DNA from: an uncultured Acidimicrobiia bacterium
Lineage (GTDB): Bacteria > Acidobacteriota > Terriglobia > Versatilivoradales > Versatilivoraceae
Assembly (NCBI GenBank): GCA_963786955.1
Contig: CAWBAT010000005.1
Coordinates: forward strand, 512,001 to 576,000
DNA: 64,000 nt
Direction of reading: 5' to 3'
Below, piece by piece: positions 31,373 to 42,030 of this stretch. The notes below the pieces were generated by a model that worked only from the letters and a program-made list of their open reading frames with translations, ran no database searches and had not been told where the DNA came from. Numbering within the stretch: position 1 is the first letter of the stretch; each line of letters begins with the position of its first letter. The translations under genes and the position numbers were made by a program.

Positions 31373-33096
31373 AAAATTTCGCACAGCGATTGCTCGATTG
31401 GATCGAATATCGAACTGGGTTGGAAACAGCCATCAAGAATTTTCTCTATGAAGAGATCCCCGCTTCCAGCGGATGGCACCAGGTCTTCGGCAGTGTAGCT
31501 GTTTTCCTCTTTCTCGTGCAGGCGTTCAGCGGGCTGCTCCTCGCCTTCAATTACGCTCCCACGCCTGGAGACGCTTATAACAGCGTCCGATACATTGTCA
31601 CCACGCTGACCGGAGGAGCGTTGATCCGCGGCCTTCACCATTGGGGGGCCAGCATGATGATTGTGGTGGTCGTGTTGCACATGATCCAAGTGTTTATTTA
31701 CGGTGCCTATAAGAAGCCCCGTGAAGCAACCTGGATGATCGGCGTGATCTTATTCCTCATCACGCTGGCTTTTGGTCTAACGGGATACCTCCTGCCGTGG
31801 GATAACCGGGGGTATTGGGGTACGATCGTGGCCACCCAGCTGGCAAGCAAAACTCCCTTGATTGGGCCCTACCTGACTCGCCTTCTCGGCGGTGAGGGAA
31901 GTATCGGCGTCGTGACATTCGCTCGCTTTTTCGCTCTTCATGTTTTGCTATTGCCTCCTCTGGCCACCTCGTTGATTGCGCTGCATGTCTTTCTTGTTCG
32001 CAAACACGGCGTCGCGCCCCTGCCCAGTGACCAGGGAGCTACAAAGAAATTCTTTCCCGAACAGGTCTTCAAAGACACAGCAGCCATTTTTTTTGCCTTC
32101 GTGATTTTATTTGTCATGGCTGTTGTCGCCAAAGTGCCCCTGGAAAGACTGGCAGACCCCACAGACACCAGTTATATTCCGCGCCCTGACTGGTATTTTC
32201 TTTTCCTGTTCCAAACCTTGAAGTTGTTTGGGGGCTCGCTGGAGATTGTGGGGAGTGTGGCTTTACCGGGGCTTGCGGTCATGGCGCTGGTGTTGGTTCC
32301 GTTCCTGGACCGAGGACAATTCAAAAGGTTGACACAACGAACGGTGGCCATCGGAGTCGTTACTTTCGCCCTGCTCGGCTGGACAGGCTTGACCCTGACC
32401 GCGGTCATCACGACTCCAAAAGGTTCTGCGCCCTCGACGGAAGAAGAAGAGGTTGTCCAAGAATGGCAGCAGCTCTCACCGGAAGAACTGGCGGGGATTG
32501 GCTACTTCCGCAAGGAACAGTGCTCCAGTTGTCACAATTTGGCGGACAAAACCCCCAAGGTTGGTCCCAATCTTGCGGCCACGACCATCCGGCGTTCTCC
32601 GGCATGGATGATCGATCATTTTAAGAACCCCTCGAGGTTAGTCCCAGGCACTTCGATGCCCCCCATTGATCTCAACGATGAACAACTTGCGGCACTAGCG
32701 TCCTTCTTGCTCAAGCTCTCTCCAAATAATGCTCAGATGCTCAATTCCGTGCCTGAGCCCCCCGTCGAAGGGGCGATGCTCTACAAAGCCAATCAATGCG
32801 GAACCTGCCATCTGGTAAACGGGGAAGGGATGAAAATTGGCCCTGAGCTTAACGGGTTATACCTGCGTAGAACTAAAGAATGGGTACAGGAGCATCTCGG
32901 CAATCCTCAAGCTCATACGCCTGATAGCCTCATGCCGAGTTACAAGCTGTCCCCGACCGATATGGACCGGCTCTTGACTTATCTATTTTCTATCCCCCGA
33001 ATTAAGCCATTTTCTATGGTCCAGCTAAGACGGAATGCCTCATCTGGGGTAAATATTCCAGCATTTAATGGGTATGGTCATGATAAGCCTGAATGA
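31369..33096 (+). CDS. qcrB: Cytochrome b (with subunit IV region) fused to two c-type cytochrome domains
   Basis: RGLHHWGAS, LHM, GYLLPWD, PDWY; two CxxCH motifs (CSSCH, CGTCH) with distal Met; ATGA overlap with Rieske gene. Confidence 0.92.
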   Translation: MKNFAQRLLDWIEYRTGLETAIKNFLYEEIPASSGWHQVFGSVAVFLFLVQAFSGLLLAFNYAPTPGDAYNSVRYIVTTLTGGALIRGLHHWGASMMIVVVVLHMIQVFIYGAYKKPREATWMIGVILFLITLAFGLTGYLLPWDNRGYWGTIVATQLASKTPLIGPYLTRLLGGEGSIGVVTFARFFALHVLLLPPLATSLIALHVFLVRKHGVAPLPSDQGATKKFFPEQVFKDTAAIFFAFVILFVMAVVAKVPLERLADPTDTSYIPRPDWYFLFLFQTLKLFGGSLEIVGSVALPGLAVMALVLVPFLDRGQFKRLTQRTVAIGVVTFALLGWTGLTLTAVITTPKGSAPSTEEEEVVQEWQQLSPEELAGIGYFRKEQCSSCHNLADKTPKVGPNLAATTIRRSPAWMIDHFKNPSRLVPGTSMPPIDLNDEQLAALASFLLKLSPNNAQMLNSVPEPPVEGAMLYKANQCGTCHLVNGEGMKIGPELNGLYLRRTKEWVQEHLGNPQAHTPDSLMPSYKLSPTDMDRLLTYLFSIPRIKPFSMVQLRRNASSGVNIPAFNGYGHDKPE

Positions 33097-33150
33097 TTAT
33101 ATGGTAGCCGTCGGGAAGTTCCTCGGCGGGAAAGATAAGAGGGGAATGGT

Positions 33151-33558
33151 ATGACGAAAGGATTAAGGCCTTTTCTTTGGAGTCTTCTATTCGTTGCTTT
33201 GGCGTTAGGATGTGCTAGCAAGAGAGCCTATGCTCAAGACCCGGTCAAGGTTGCTCCCAAGAACGTTAAGGTTGTTTTTGAAAATGACAGGGTGAGGGTG
33301 ATCGAAGTTCGGATTAAGCCGGGAGAAAAGATACCGGTACATTCCCATCCGGCTAATGTGACCATCGCTTTAAGCGACTTCAAGGGAAAATGGATTTCAG
33401 ACGACGGCCAGCCCACGGTAAAGCAGTTTAAGGTCGATACCGTAGTTTGGTCTGAACCGATCACCCACGCGTCTGAAAATGTGGGATCCGCAGAAATCCA
33501 TGCCATCGCGATTGAATTGAAAGAGCCGCCTAAGAAAAACAAGCCGGCGGCCCGTTGA
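33151..33558 (+). CDS. Secreted cupin-fold protein
   Basis: Signal peptide; FENDRVRV..PGEK.PVHSH...H.SENVG. Confidence 0.8.
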   Translation: MTKGLRPFLWSLLFVALALGCASKRAYAQDPVKVAPKNVKVVFENDRVRVIEVRIKPGEKIPVHSHPANVTIALSDFKGKWISDDGQPTVKQFKVDTVVWSEPITHASENVGSAEIHAIAIELKEPPKKNKPAAR

Positions 33559-33623
33559 CAGAAGGTTTCGAGTGTTTTTCTGCTCGCCCCAACCCGCTCT
33601 TCGTTCAACAGTCTTTTCACTGA

Positions 33624-35828
33624 TCAGCGCAAGAAAGCTTCGACTAAGCCACCGTCAATCGGAATCAAATGGCCCGTCGTCCGGCTAGAACGCTCCCCTG
33701 CCAACCAACAAATGGCCTCGGCACAGTCTTCTGGACGTATCGGCAGGCCACTCAATGTCCGACGCGCGTAAAATTCAGCCAGTTTATTGCGCAACTCTTC
33801 GAGCGGCTCGGTCTCATCAAATGGGACTTGGTATTTCGTCAGCGAGCTGATGACTCGATCTTTCGGAAACATGGAGGAGCCTGCAACGACGGTCGCTGGC
33901 GAAATTCCGTTGACGCGGATGAGTGGGGCTAATCCGACGGCAAGTTCTCTCACCAGATGGCTGACCGCGCTCTTGCTGACATCATAGGCTTCGCTGCCGC
34001 GCTTAGGAACGATGGCATTGGCCGAGCTGGTTAAAATGATGCTTGTCGGAAGTCCCTGCTCTGTCATGACCTTTTGTGCTTCGTCCGCCAGGAGATAGTT
34101 GCCCGTGATATTAATGTCAAGGGTCAATCGCCATTTTTCATCGGGTAGATTGCCGTTCGGATCCGGCGCCACAAAAATGGCGGCTGTATTAACAATGCCA
34201 TCAAGGCCTCCAAAAAGCTGCACCGTTTGTCGGATGGCAGCGGCGATGCTCGCGCGCTGGGCCAAATTGACAGCACAGGAGGAGACTGCCTCTTTTGAAC
34301 CGAATCCGGCTGCCCGTTTCGCGGTGGCAGCCGCCGCTGATTCATCTAGATCCGCCACCATGATGTGTGCACCGCGTTCCGCCAACTTCAACGCCGTCTC
34401 CTGGCCGATCCCGCTTCCACCTCCAACTACCAGAAAGATTTTTCGGCTAAACTCTTTTTCCGGAGGCATGCGGCGCAGCTTGGCCTCCTCGAGAGCCCAA
34501 TACTCGATCCGGAAGGCTTCTCGATGAGGCAACGCCACATAGTTGTGAAAACTTGAGAAGTGTTTCGAATCTTCAAGTCTTCGAACCTGGGGATAACTCG
34601 GCGAGGGCAAAGCTCCTTCCCCCAGAGCCGTAGCGCCTGCCATGACATGAATCGCATTCACATAGAATTCTGCAGTAATGCGAGCCTCTTTCTTATCTTT
34701 CGCAAACGTAAACATTCCTAGCCCCGGGATTAAAACTACGGTGGGGTTCGGATCCCGCAGCGGCGGGGAATCTTGCTGGGCGTGAGAACGGTAATAGGTC
34801 TCATAGTCTTGCCGGTAGGCGTTCGCCCTCTGTGCAATCTTTTCTTTGAGGGTGTCCAGATCCTCTCTTTCCGAGTCCCAATTAACGTAAAGGGGACAGA
34901 TTTTGGTTCGTACAAAATGATCCGGGCAACTCGTTCCCAACTTTGCAAGCTCGGGAGCATCCGTTGAGTTGACAAACTGGATGACATCGGGCGAGTCGTT
35001 GTAATGCCCGATGCTCCGGCGCTTAGAGCCCAGTTTCCCCCTTAAAAACGGGAAGATCAAAGTCGCCAGCGCCCGAGCATTGGGCCGGGAAGAATGCTTT
35101 TGCCCTCCAAATAATCGCTCTCCCATTTTTTTTTCATGCTCGCCGACAAATTCCCCAAGCTCATCAATTATTTTCAAGCTGTTGCGGTAACACTGATGCT
35201 GGGTGTCCCCCCAGGTAAATAGGCCGTGACCTCCGAGGACGATTCCGTCGCAATCGGGTGTTTCCGTCACCGCCTTCTTGAGCATCAACCCTAATTCAAA
35301 TCCGGGGCGCTGCCAGGGAAGCCAGCTCAGTTTGTGGTGAAAGCGCCGATTGAATTCCTCCATTTTCTCCCGGCCGTTGGCGCTGGCTGCCAGGGCTATC
35401 GCCCAATCCGGATGGAGATGATCCACATGCGGAAACGGGAGGAATGCATGCAGCGGGGTGTCAATTGAAGGAGCGACTCGGTTAATCCCGAATGCGACAA
35501 GAGAATAGTAAGACACCATCTCATCTTCGTGGAGTTCCCCACGATAGACCGATTGGAGCTGTTCCAGCCGATCCAAATAGAGAATCGCAAATCCCTCTTT
35601 GTTGCTACTGCCAAGATCACCGCCACTCCCTTTGACTGCCAGCACTCGAACAGGGTGACCCGTAATAGGATCTGGAAGTTCAAACTTGGAGCTGGTATTT
35701 CCTCCTCCAAAGTTAGTAATCCGCAAATCAGATCCTAGTAAGTTTGACCGATAGCGCAAGAGGTCCAGAGGATCGTGTTGCATTTTTTCAGTTGCTGCTA
35801 CATCCCAGTGATCTTTCAAATGCTTCAT
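33624..35828 (-). CDS. rhaD: Bifunctional rhamnulose-1-phosphate aldolase / short-chain dehydrogenase
   Basis: YRSNLLGSDLRITNFGGGNTS, PSIDTPLH, HLHPD, GTSCPDHF, IEYWALEEAKL, then an SDR domain. Start at 35828 with GGAG RBS (ORF track 35894). Confidence 0.9.
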   Translation of the reverse strand: MKHLKDHWDVAATEKMQHDPLDLLRYRSNLLGSDLRITNFGGGNTSSKFELPDPITGHPVRVLAVKGSGGDLGSSNKEGFAILYLDRLEQLQSVYRGELHEDEMVSYYSLVAFGINRVAPSIDTPLHAFLPFPHVDHLHPDWAIALAASANGREKMEEFNRRFHHKLSWLPWQRPGFELGLMLKKAVTETPDCDGIVLGGHGLFTWGDTQHQCYRNSLKIIDELGEFVGEHEKKMGERLFGGQKHSSRPNARALATLIFPFLRGKLGSKRRSIGHYNDSPDVIQFVNSTDAPELAKLGTSCPDHFVRTKICPLYVNWDSEREDLDTLKEKIAQRANAYRQDYETYYRSHAQQDSPPLRDPNPTVVLIPGLGMFTFAKDKKEARITAEFYVNAIHVMAGATALGEGALPSPSYPQVRRLEDSKHFSSFHNYVALPHREAFRIEYWALEEAKLRRMPPEKEFSRKIFLVVGGGSGIGQETALKLAERGAHIMVADLDESAAAATAKRAAGFGSKEAVSSCAVNLAQRASIAAAIRQTVQLFGGLDGIVNTAAIFVAPDPNGNLPDEKWRLTLDINITGNYLLADEAQKVMTEQGLPTSIILTSSANAIVPKRGSEAYDVSKSAVSHLVRELAVGLAPLIRVNGISPATVVAGSSMFPKDRVISSLTKYQVPFDETEPLEELRNKLAEFYARRTLSGLPIRPEDCAEAICWLAGERSSRTTGHLIPIDGGLVEAFLR

Positions 35829-35883
35829 TTTTATTCTTCTCCGGATTGGTGTGATTGGCAGGGGCAAAGCATTTGCCGCAACG

Positions 35884-36061
35884 ACCCCCCTCAAGTCCCC
35901 CCTTGTGCAAGGGGGGACGACTACTGTCAGCCGAAATTCAAGAACTCAAGCCTGTTTCGAAGCACAGGGTTTAGGAGTCTCTACCGATCTGACAGGGCTA
36001 ACCAGAACCGCAACTAAAACCAAAATGTCCCTCCTTGCACAAGGGGGGACTCCAGGGGGGT
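35884..36061. repeat. 35-bp inverted pair of CCCCCTT..AAGGGGG palindromes enclosing ~108 bp
   Basis: 35884-35918 versus 36027-36061 near-perfect inverted match; half GGGGCAAAGCATT REP adjacent at 35858. Confidence 0.75.
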
Positions 36062-36134
36062 GAAGACCCAGCAACTGACTGAAGAACTCGCGTTAGCGCT
36101 GAAAGCTTCGCCCAGAAAACCCCGGGCCGTTTGT

Positions 36135-37142
36135 TTAGAAATCATAGTGATCGATGTTGTTCTGATCAAACACAATAGGGCTTCCAAGAATGAGCTGCAC
36201 GCCCTCGACTTTTACCTCTCCAAGCCGCCCCGCCTTGAATGTAGAGGCCCCGGGTAGGATTTCTCCTTTGATGGCCGCGTTGGCCACATAAACCGTCAGA
36301 AAGCCTAGATCGATGGGATTCCAGAGCACGAAGCTTTTGACCGTTCCATCCTTCACGTATTCCTTCATCACGTTTGGAGTGGACACACCTGTCAGAAAGA
36401 CGCGATCTGCTGCACGGGCCTTTCGCAGAGCCTCAGCAGCGCCTGGCAAAGCGACGGAGGTCATACCAAACATTCCAGTCATGCTGGGATAAGCCTTTAA
36501 TGAATCAACGGCCACCTGAGTGGCCATCGCTTGATCTTCTTGGGAAACTTTGGGAGTCGCCGAAAGATCGGTCATTTGAGGATATGTAGAGAGCCGGTAC
36601 TTCTCCATTTCAGCCATCCAGATATTTTGATTTGCAGCCGTCAAAGACCCGGTAATGATGAGGTATTTGGTTTGTTTTCCGGCACCTTTCGCCATGACAT
36701 CCATCAGTGCCTTTGCCAGAGACTCGGGAGTGCATTGGTTGACGAAGAAATCTCGCGCATCCACACGAGCATCCGAATCCCAAGTAATCACTTTGATTCC
36801 GCGCTTTCGTGCCTTAGCAAGGACTGGGCCAATGGCTTCCGGGTCATTGGGGGCGATGGCGATGGCATCATACTTCTTGGCAATCCAGGTCTCGACCATT
36901 TGAGCCTGCAGGGTGACATCATTGGTTACCGGACCATCATAATCAACATGAATACCCAAGGTCGAACCGGCTTCCTGAATCCCTTTTTCTGCTGCATTAA
37001 AGAAAGCAATCCCCTTTAACTTTGGCATCACTCCGATCGTGATCACTTTGCCTGTTATCGGCTTAGGGCCTTGGCTTTGAGTACAAGCCGCCAGAATGAC
37101 AACCGCCAGAATGGAAGAGACCCCAATACGTTTCATTTTCAC
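36135..37142 (-). CDS. rhaS: Rhamnose/AI-2-type ABC transporter substrate-binding lipoprotein
   Basis: LAAC lipobox; PKLKGIAFF, ITWDSD, TAANQNIW, LWNPIDLG. Confidence 0.82.
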   Translation of the reverse strand: MKMKRIGVSSILAVVILAACTQSQGPKPITGKVITIGVMPKLKGIAFFNAAEKGIQEAGSTLGIHVDYDGPVTNDVTLQAQMVETWIAKKYDAIAIAPNDPEAIGPVLAKARKRGIKVITWDSDARVDARDFFVNQCTPESLAKALMDVMAKGAGKQTKYLIITGSLTAANQNIWMAEMEKYRLSTYPQMTDLSATPKVSQEDQAMATQVAVDSLKAYPSMTGMFGMTSVALPGAAEALRKARAADRVFLTGVSTPNVMKEYVKDGTVKSFVLWNPIDLGFLTVYVANAAIKGEILPGASTFKAGRLGEVKVEGVQLILGSPIVFDQNNIDHYDF

Positions 37143-37218
37143 CCGCTCCTTTATGCCAACCTCATCATTAACTTGGGAAAGTGTGTCTCAAGCGCCCACC
37201 CGGTGCATCGTCCCATGG

Positions 37219-38565
37219 CTAACTCTTCACTCTCTCCTGTTGATAATCCCAGGCAACCACCCGTTTTTGTTGATAGGAGAGATTGACCAAATGCGCGACG
37301 GCTGCGGCACGATGCCCTGTGAGCGCATCCTCAAACGGCTGCCGCCGCTGCCGGACGCATTCAAAGAATTGTTCCAGGTGAGCCACGACGGCCTCTTTCC
37401 CGTCCTCTTCCCAGCGTTCCATTCCCAGGGAAACCTTGGGAAGCCAACTCGAGGCCACTTCGGCTTTGAGCACTTTCGGATCTTGATAATACGCTTCTTG
37501 TAATTTTTTCGGCCAGCTCTCGACAATCCAGCGATTGTCCTCGTGGGTGTGTTCAGGATAGAAAGTCAGACCGCCTCCACCCAGGACCAGGCTTCCCTCA
37601 GTCCCAAGAATCTGAAACCCTTGCTCTCCTCCCGAAAGCTGATTGTTAAATGTGGAACTCAGATTGACTGTGAACCCTTCTGGATATTCCAGCACGGCAT
37701 TGAGCGTATCCGGCACCTCGCGGCTGTCTTTCCATCGATAAAGCGACCCGAGAGCAACGGTGCTTTGTGGCGCCTTGGCGTTCATCAAAAAATGGATGGT
37801 GGTGGCGAGATGGACAAACAGGTCCGTGGCAATCCCTCCGGAATAGTCCCAATAGCATCTCCATCGAAAAAAGCGTGCAGGATCGTAGGGCCTCGATTGC
37901 GCCATCCCCAAAAACATTTCCCAATTCACGGTTTGAGGCGAAGCATCTGGAGGAATCGGATAAATCCAGGCTCCGCCAGCTGTGTTGCGGTTATAAGAGG
38001 CCCGAAGCAAGGTAATCTGCCCCAGCCTCCCGGACTCGATGAGTTCCTTAGCTTTTTGTTGAATCTTGCTACTGATACCCTGACTTCCTACCTGCAGGAT
38101 CCTGTCCCCCTTTTTCACTTCTGCGATAATTTCCACTCCCTCATCAATGGTATAGGTCAAGGGTTTCTCGACATAGATGTCTTTGCCTGCTTTAAGGGCT
38201 TCCACAACCATCGTTTTGTGCCAGTGATCCGGGGTCGCAATGATGACCGCATCAATCCCTTTATCCCCCAAAATAGCATGATAGTCTGAATAGATTTTGG
38301 CTCGTCCTCGAGTCCGTTCAACCGCTCTCTCCAAGCGACCTTGATAGGCATCGCAAACCGCCACGATCTCCGTCCCTGGAAGGGTTTGAATAACGCGCAG
38401 CAGCTCATGAGCCCGGGCGCCGACTCCGATCATCCCCACGGTAATTCGATCGTTGGGAGACTCTTGAGCCGAAAGCATTTCCCAACCTGCCAGCTTTGCC
38501 GCCACTCCTATGGAAGCGCTTCTCTTCAAGAATTGTCGTCGATGCAAACCTGGATTGTTCACCAT
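37219..38565 (-). CDS. Tat-exported Gfo/Idh/MocA oxidoreductase
   Basis: RRQFLK; IGVG; ATPDHWH; YVEKP; WRCYWDYSGG. Start at 38565 after AGGAGG. Confidence 0.9.
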   Translation of the reverse strand: MVNNPGLHRRQFLKRSASIGVAAKLAGWEMLSAQESPNDRITVGMIGVGARAHELLRVIQTLPGTEIVAVCDAYQGRLERAVERTRGRAKIYSDYHAILGDKGIDAVIIATPDHWHKTMVVEALKAGKDIYVEKPLTYTIDEGVEIIAEVKKGDRILQVGSQGISSKIQQKAKELIESGRLGQITLLRASYNRNTAGGAWIYPIPPDASPQTVNWEMFLGMAQSRPYDPARFFRWRCYWDYSGGIATDLFVHLATTIHFLMNAKAPQSTVALGSLYRWKDSREVPDTLNAVLEYPEGFTVNLSSTFNNQLSGGEQGFQILGTEGSLVLGGGGLTFYPEHTHEDNRWIVESWPKKLQEAYYQDPKVLKAEVASSWLPKVSLGMERWEEDGKEAVVAHLEQFFECVRQRRQPFEDALTGHRAAAVAHLVNLSYQQKRVVAWDYQQERVKS

Positions 38566-39542
38566 AATCGTTTTCCTCCTTTTCCTGAAAGCCACTCATT
38601 CAGAACTGCCGTCACAATGAGAAGGATACCCACGAAAATAATCAGACGCTGCGAGGGTATCCCCGCCATCTCCAAACCATAGCGAAGAACTCCAATGATC
38701 AACAAGCCTAGAATGGTCCCGATGACAGTTCCCCGTCCGCCGCTGATGCGCGTTCCTCCGACCACCACACAGGCAATCGCTTCCAGTTCCATTCCACGCC
38801 CCGCTTCTGGCCGAGCCGTTGCATATAAAGAAGTATAAAACACGGAAGCGATGCCACAGATCCCTCCAGCCATGGTGTAGAGAACCCATTTTAAAAATCG
38901 AACATCAATGGCTGCGAAGCGGGCAGCCACTTCATTTTCGCCTATGCATTCCGCATAGCGCCCTACCCAGGATCGACGCATGATGACCCAACCGGCCAAC
39001 GAAACCGCGAGCAAGGCCAGCAGCGGCGCTGGGAAAACAATATCATCCCGATTCCCGAAATGAACCTGAAAAAAGTCACCTTGCCCCAGCGATTGAAACG
39101 GGGCGGGGAAATTGCCGATAGGGCGGGCCTGGCTGAGTGCCAGCGCGATCCCGCTATAAAGGGCCATGGTTGCTAAGGTCACTACGAGAGGAGGAATCTT
39201 CAGGTAACTGCTCACGCCGCCATTGAACGCCCCGGCCAAGATGCCCGTGACAACAGCCGCAAGAGAAGCCAGTGCGATCGGCCAACCAGCATCTCGAAAG
39301 AGCAGTCCCAGAACAATTCCGCACATTCCCAGGATGGAACCCACGGAAAGATCGATCCCCCCGGTTGCGATGATTAGAGTCATGGGGACCGCAATCATCC
39401 CCGGGACCACCCAATAGCGGGAACGCTCCACCACATTGACCCAATCGGAGAATCCCTCTACCCAGAAGGAGAAGAACAGGCATAAGCTTATCAAGATCAA
39501 CACCAGAACCGTTTCTCTGGAGGCCAGGATCCGCGGAATCAT
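38559..39542 (-). CDS. Sugar ABC transporter permease
   Basis: GGIDLSVGS, IGENEVAARFAAI, ELEAIACVVVGG; ATG at 39542 overlaps the upstream stop (ATGA). Confidence 0.9.
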   Translation of the reverse strand: MIPRILASRETVLVLILISLCLFFSFWVEGFSDWVNVVERSRYWVVPGMIAVPMTLIIATGGIDLSVGSILGMCGIVLGLLFRDAGWPIALASLAAVVTGILAGAFNGGVSSYLKIPPLVVTLATMALYSGIALALSQARPIGNFPAPFQSLGQGDFFQVHFGNRDDIVFPAPLLALLAVSLAGWVIMRRSWVGRYAECIGENEVAARFAAIDVRFLKWVLYTMAGGICGIASVFYTSLYATARPEAGRGMELEAIACVVVGGTRISGGRGTVIGTILGLLIIGVLRYGLEMAGIPSQRLIIFVGILLIVTAVLNEWLSGKGGKRLW

Positions 39543-42022
39543 TTCCGTGTCCCCCTCAGTTTGTCGAAAATGACATCCACGATCATCGCCACGAGGATCA
39601 ACGCTCCGACAAAGATGTTTTGCCAATACGAGCTGGCCCCAGTCAGTATTAAAATGTTGTAGAGCAACGAAACCAAAAAAGCACCTGGCAATACTCCCAG
39701 AGCAGATCCACGCCCTCCGGAGATACTCGTCCCTCCAATGACCGCAGCGGCAATGGCCCTGAGTTCCATGCCCTCCCCAGTATTGGATTGAATTTTTCCG
39801 TAATAGGCTGCATGCAGGACTGAAGCGAGTCCCGTCAAAAGCCCGCACAAACCAAAAACCAGCAGTGTTAGGCGATTCTTAGAAAGGCCGAGGAGGCGGG
39901 AAGCGCTTTCCGAATTGCCCAAAGCCAAAACCTTCCTCCCGGACAGCGTATACCGGATAAAGAGATGAGCGAGAAACGTGATCAGCACCAGGTAGAAGAC
40001 AAGCTTCGGAATCCCGAATAGATATCCATCTGCTAAGGCTCGGTACGAAACTGGCAATTGTTCAATTTCCCGCCCCCCTGTGACGACCTGCATGACTCCT
40101 CGATAAATACTGATTCCGGCAAGAGTCACAATGATTGGATGGATGCGTGCCAATAGAGAGATGCCACCGTTGAGCAAACCACAAGCCGCTCCCAGCCCCA
40201 AAGCCACGAGCAAACACAGAAGCGGCGGGAGCCCCGCATTCGCAGCCATGGCCGACAACGCGCCGACCAGACCCATCATGGATCCCACAGAAATATCAAT
40301 TCCCCCGGCCGAGATCACGAGCATGGCGCCCTGAGCCATGATGGCAGGCAGGGCAGTGCTCGCCAACACGTCATAGAAATTCGTGAGAGTGGCAAACTCG
40401 CGGGGCTTTAGGAACGCGGTGATCACAGAAAGCATCAAAATAAAACCGACCAGGCTGATTTCTCGCAAATGAACCCACGGCGCAGCTCTTCCAGAGACTT
40501 TGGCGGATCCAGCTTTTTCTCCCGAATTGGCCCGCGGCACAGCCGCAGCCGCCACAGTTTCTGGGGAGTCTATTCGAGGATTAAACGTTCCCGTCAAGCG
40601 GCCTTCCGACAAGGTGATCACCCGATCGCTCATCGCCAGGACCTCTGGCAAATCCGAACTGATCAACAAAATTCCGACTCCTGACTCAGCCAGATCACAA
40701 ATCAATCGATGAATCTCCGCTCGAGCTCCGACGTCGACGCCGCGAGTCGGCTCATCCAGGAGGATGATCTTAGGGTGCGTGGCTAGCCAACGTCCAAACA
40801 CTACCTTTTGCTGGTTCCCTCCACTGAGCGTGCCGATAGGTTGTTCCGCGGAAGCAGCCCGTACCTGCATGGATTCCATGACTTCTGCAGTCATGGATTT
40901 TTCTTGTCCTTCAGAAACCCAGCCCCAGCGAGAGAGACTGGGCAGGACTGTCACACTGGCGTTCGTCCGAACAGAATGCCCTCGAAAAACTCCTTGCACC
41001 AAGCGATCTTCCGGAAGATAGGCCAACCCTGCCTCCACAGCCTGGCGAGGCGATTGAATACTTACCGAAAGTCCGTCGATCGAGATTTGTCCGGCAGCGC
41101 ATGGACGCAATCCAAAAAGCGCTTGGGCCAATTCCGAACGGCCGGCCCCAACAAAACCATAAAGGCCAACAATTTCTCCGGCTCGGACTTCAAAGGAGAC
41201 TTCCCGGAATGACCCATTGTCACTGCTTGCCCCCTCAACCTGTAACCGGATTGCACCGATGGGCACTGGCCTTTTGCAAAATACTTCTGAAAGCTCCCGT
41301 CCGACGATAGCATTGACCATCCGATCCATCGTCAGATTTGCGACCGGCAGGGTCTCCACCATTTCACCGTCACGCAAGATCGTGACCCGATCACAAATCT
41401 CTAAAATCTCTTCCAAGCGATGACTCACATATACGATGCCGACGCCGGAATCCCGGAGTCGGCGAATCTGCCGAAATAGGTTCTCAATCTCTTTTAGGGT
41501 CAAGGAGGAAGTCGGTTCGTCCAGGCAGAGGATGCGAGCCCTCTCTGAAATGGCAGCCGCAATTTCCGCAACCATACGCCTGGCGATCGGAAGTTCACCA
41601 GCCCTTTGTCGAACGTCAAAAGATTCCCCCATAGCCGATATCTCCTGGGAGGCTTTCCCGTAAGTACCTTGCCAGGAGATCAGGCCGATTAAACCCCTCA
41701 CCAGTCCGTGAGCCAGCAACATATTTTCGGCGACGCTCAATTCGGCGAAAAGATCCGCCTCCTGGTGGACTACCGCAATACCCGCTGCAGCGGCTTGGCG
41801 GGGATTGGAGAACCGGAGAAGCTTTCCATCCAGCCGGATCTCCCCTGAGTCTGGAGAGAATACGCCGGTCGCGATGTTGACTAGTGTGCTTTTGCCGGCC
41901 CCGTTTTCGCCAATGAGACCGAGAACTTCGCCGGCTCGAACTTCCAGGTCCACTGCCCGAAGGGCTAAGACTCCTCCAAAACTTTTGTGAATTTGAGACA
42001 GCCTGAGGAGAGGGTGGGTCAT
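39539..42022 (-). CDS. Fused sugar ABC ATP-binding protein (RbsA-like, two NBDs) plus permease
   Basis: GENGAGKST, DEPT, LSGGNQQK, then a permease domain with GGIDISVGS and ELRAIAAAVIGG in one frame; likely ATG at 42022. Confidence 0.88.
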   Translation of the reverse strand: MTHPLLRLSQIHKSFGGVLALRAVDLEVRAGEVLGLIGENGAGKSTLVNIATGVFSPDSGEIRLDGKLLRFSNPRQAAAAGIAVVHQEADLFAELSVAENMLLAHGLVRGLIGLISWQGTYGKASQEISAMGESFDVRQRAGELPIARRMVAEIAAAISERARILCLDEPTSSLTLKEIENLFRQIRRLRDSGVGIVYVSHRLEEILEICDRVTILRDGEMVETLPVANLTMDRMVNAIVGRELSEVFCKRPVPIGAIRLQVEGASSDNGSFREVSFEVRAGEIVGLYGFVGAGRSELAQALFGLRPCAAGQISIDGLSVSIQSPRQAVEAGLAYLPEDRLVQGVFRGHSVRTNASVTVLPSLSRWGWVSEGQEKSMTAEVMESMQVRAASAEQPIGTLSGGNQQKVVFGRWLATHPKIILLDEPTRGVDVGARAEIHRLICDLAESGVGILLISSDLPEVLAMSDRVITLSEGRLTGTFNPRIDSPETVAAAAVPRANSGEKAGSAKVSGRAAPWVHLREISLVGFILMLSVITAFLKPREFATLTNFYDVLASTALPAIMAQGAMLVISAGGIDISVGSMMGLVGALSAMAANAGLPPLLCLLVALGLGAACGLLNGGISLLARIHPIIVTLAGISIYRGVMQVVTGGREIEQLPVSYRALADGYLFGIPKLVFYLVLITFLAHLFIRYTLSGRKVLALGNSESASRLLGLSKNRLTLLVFGLCGLLTGLASVLHAAYYGKIQSNTGEGMELRAIAAAVIGGTSISGGRGSALGVLPGAFLVSLLYNILILTGASSYWQNIFVGALILVAMIVDVIFDKLRGTRK

Positions 42023-42030
42023 GAGGGAGG

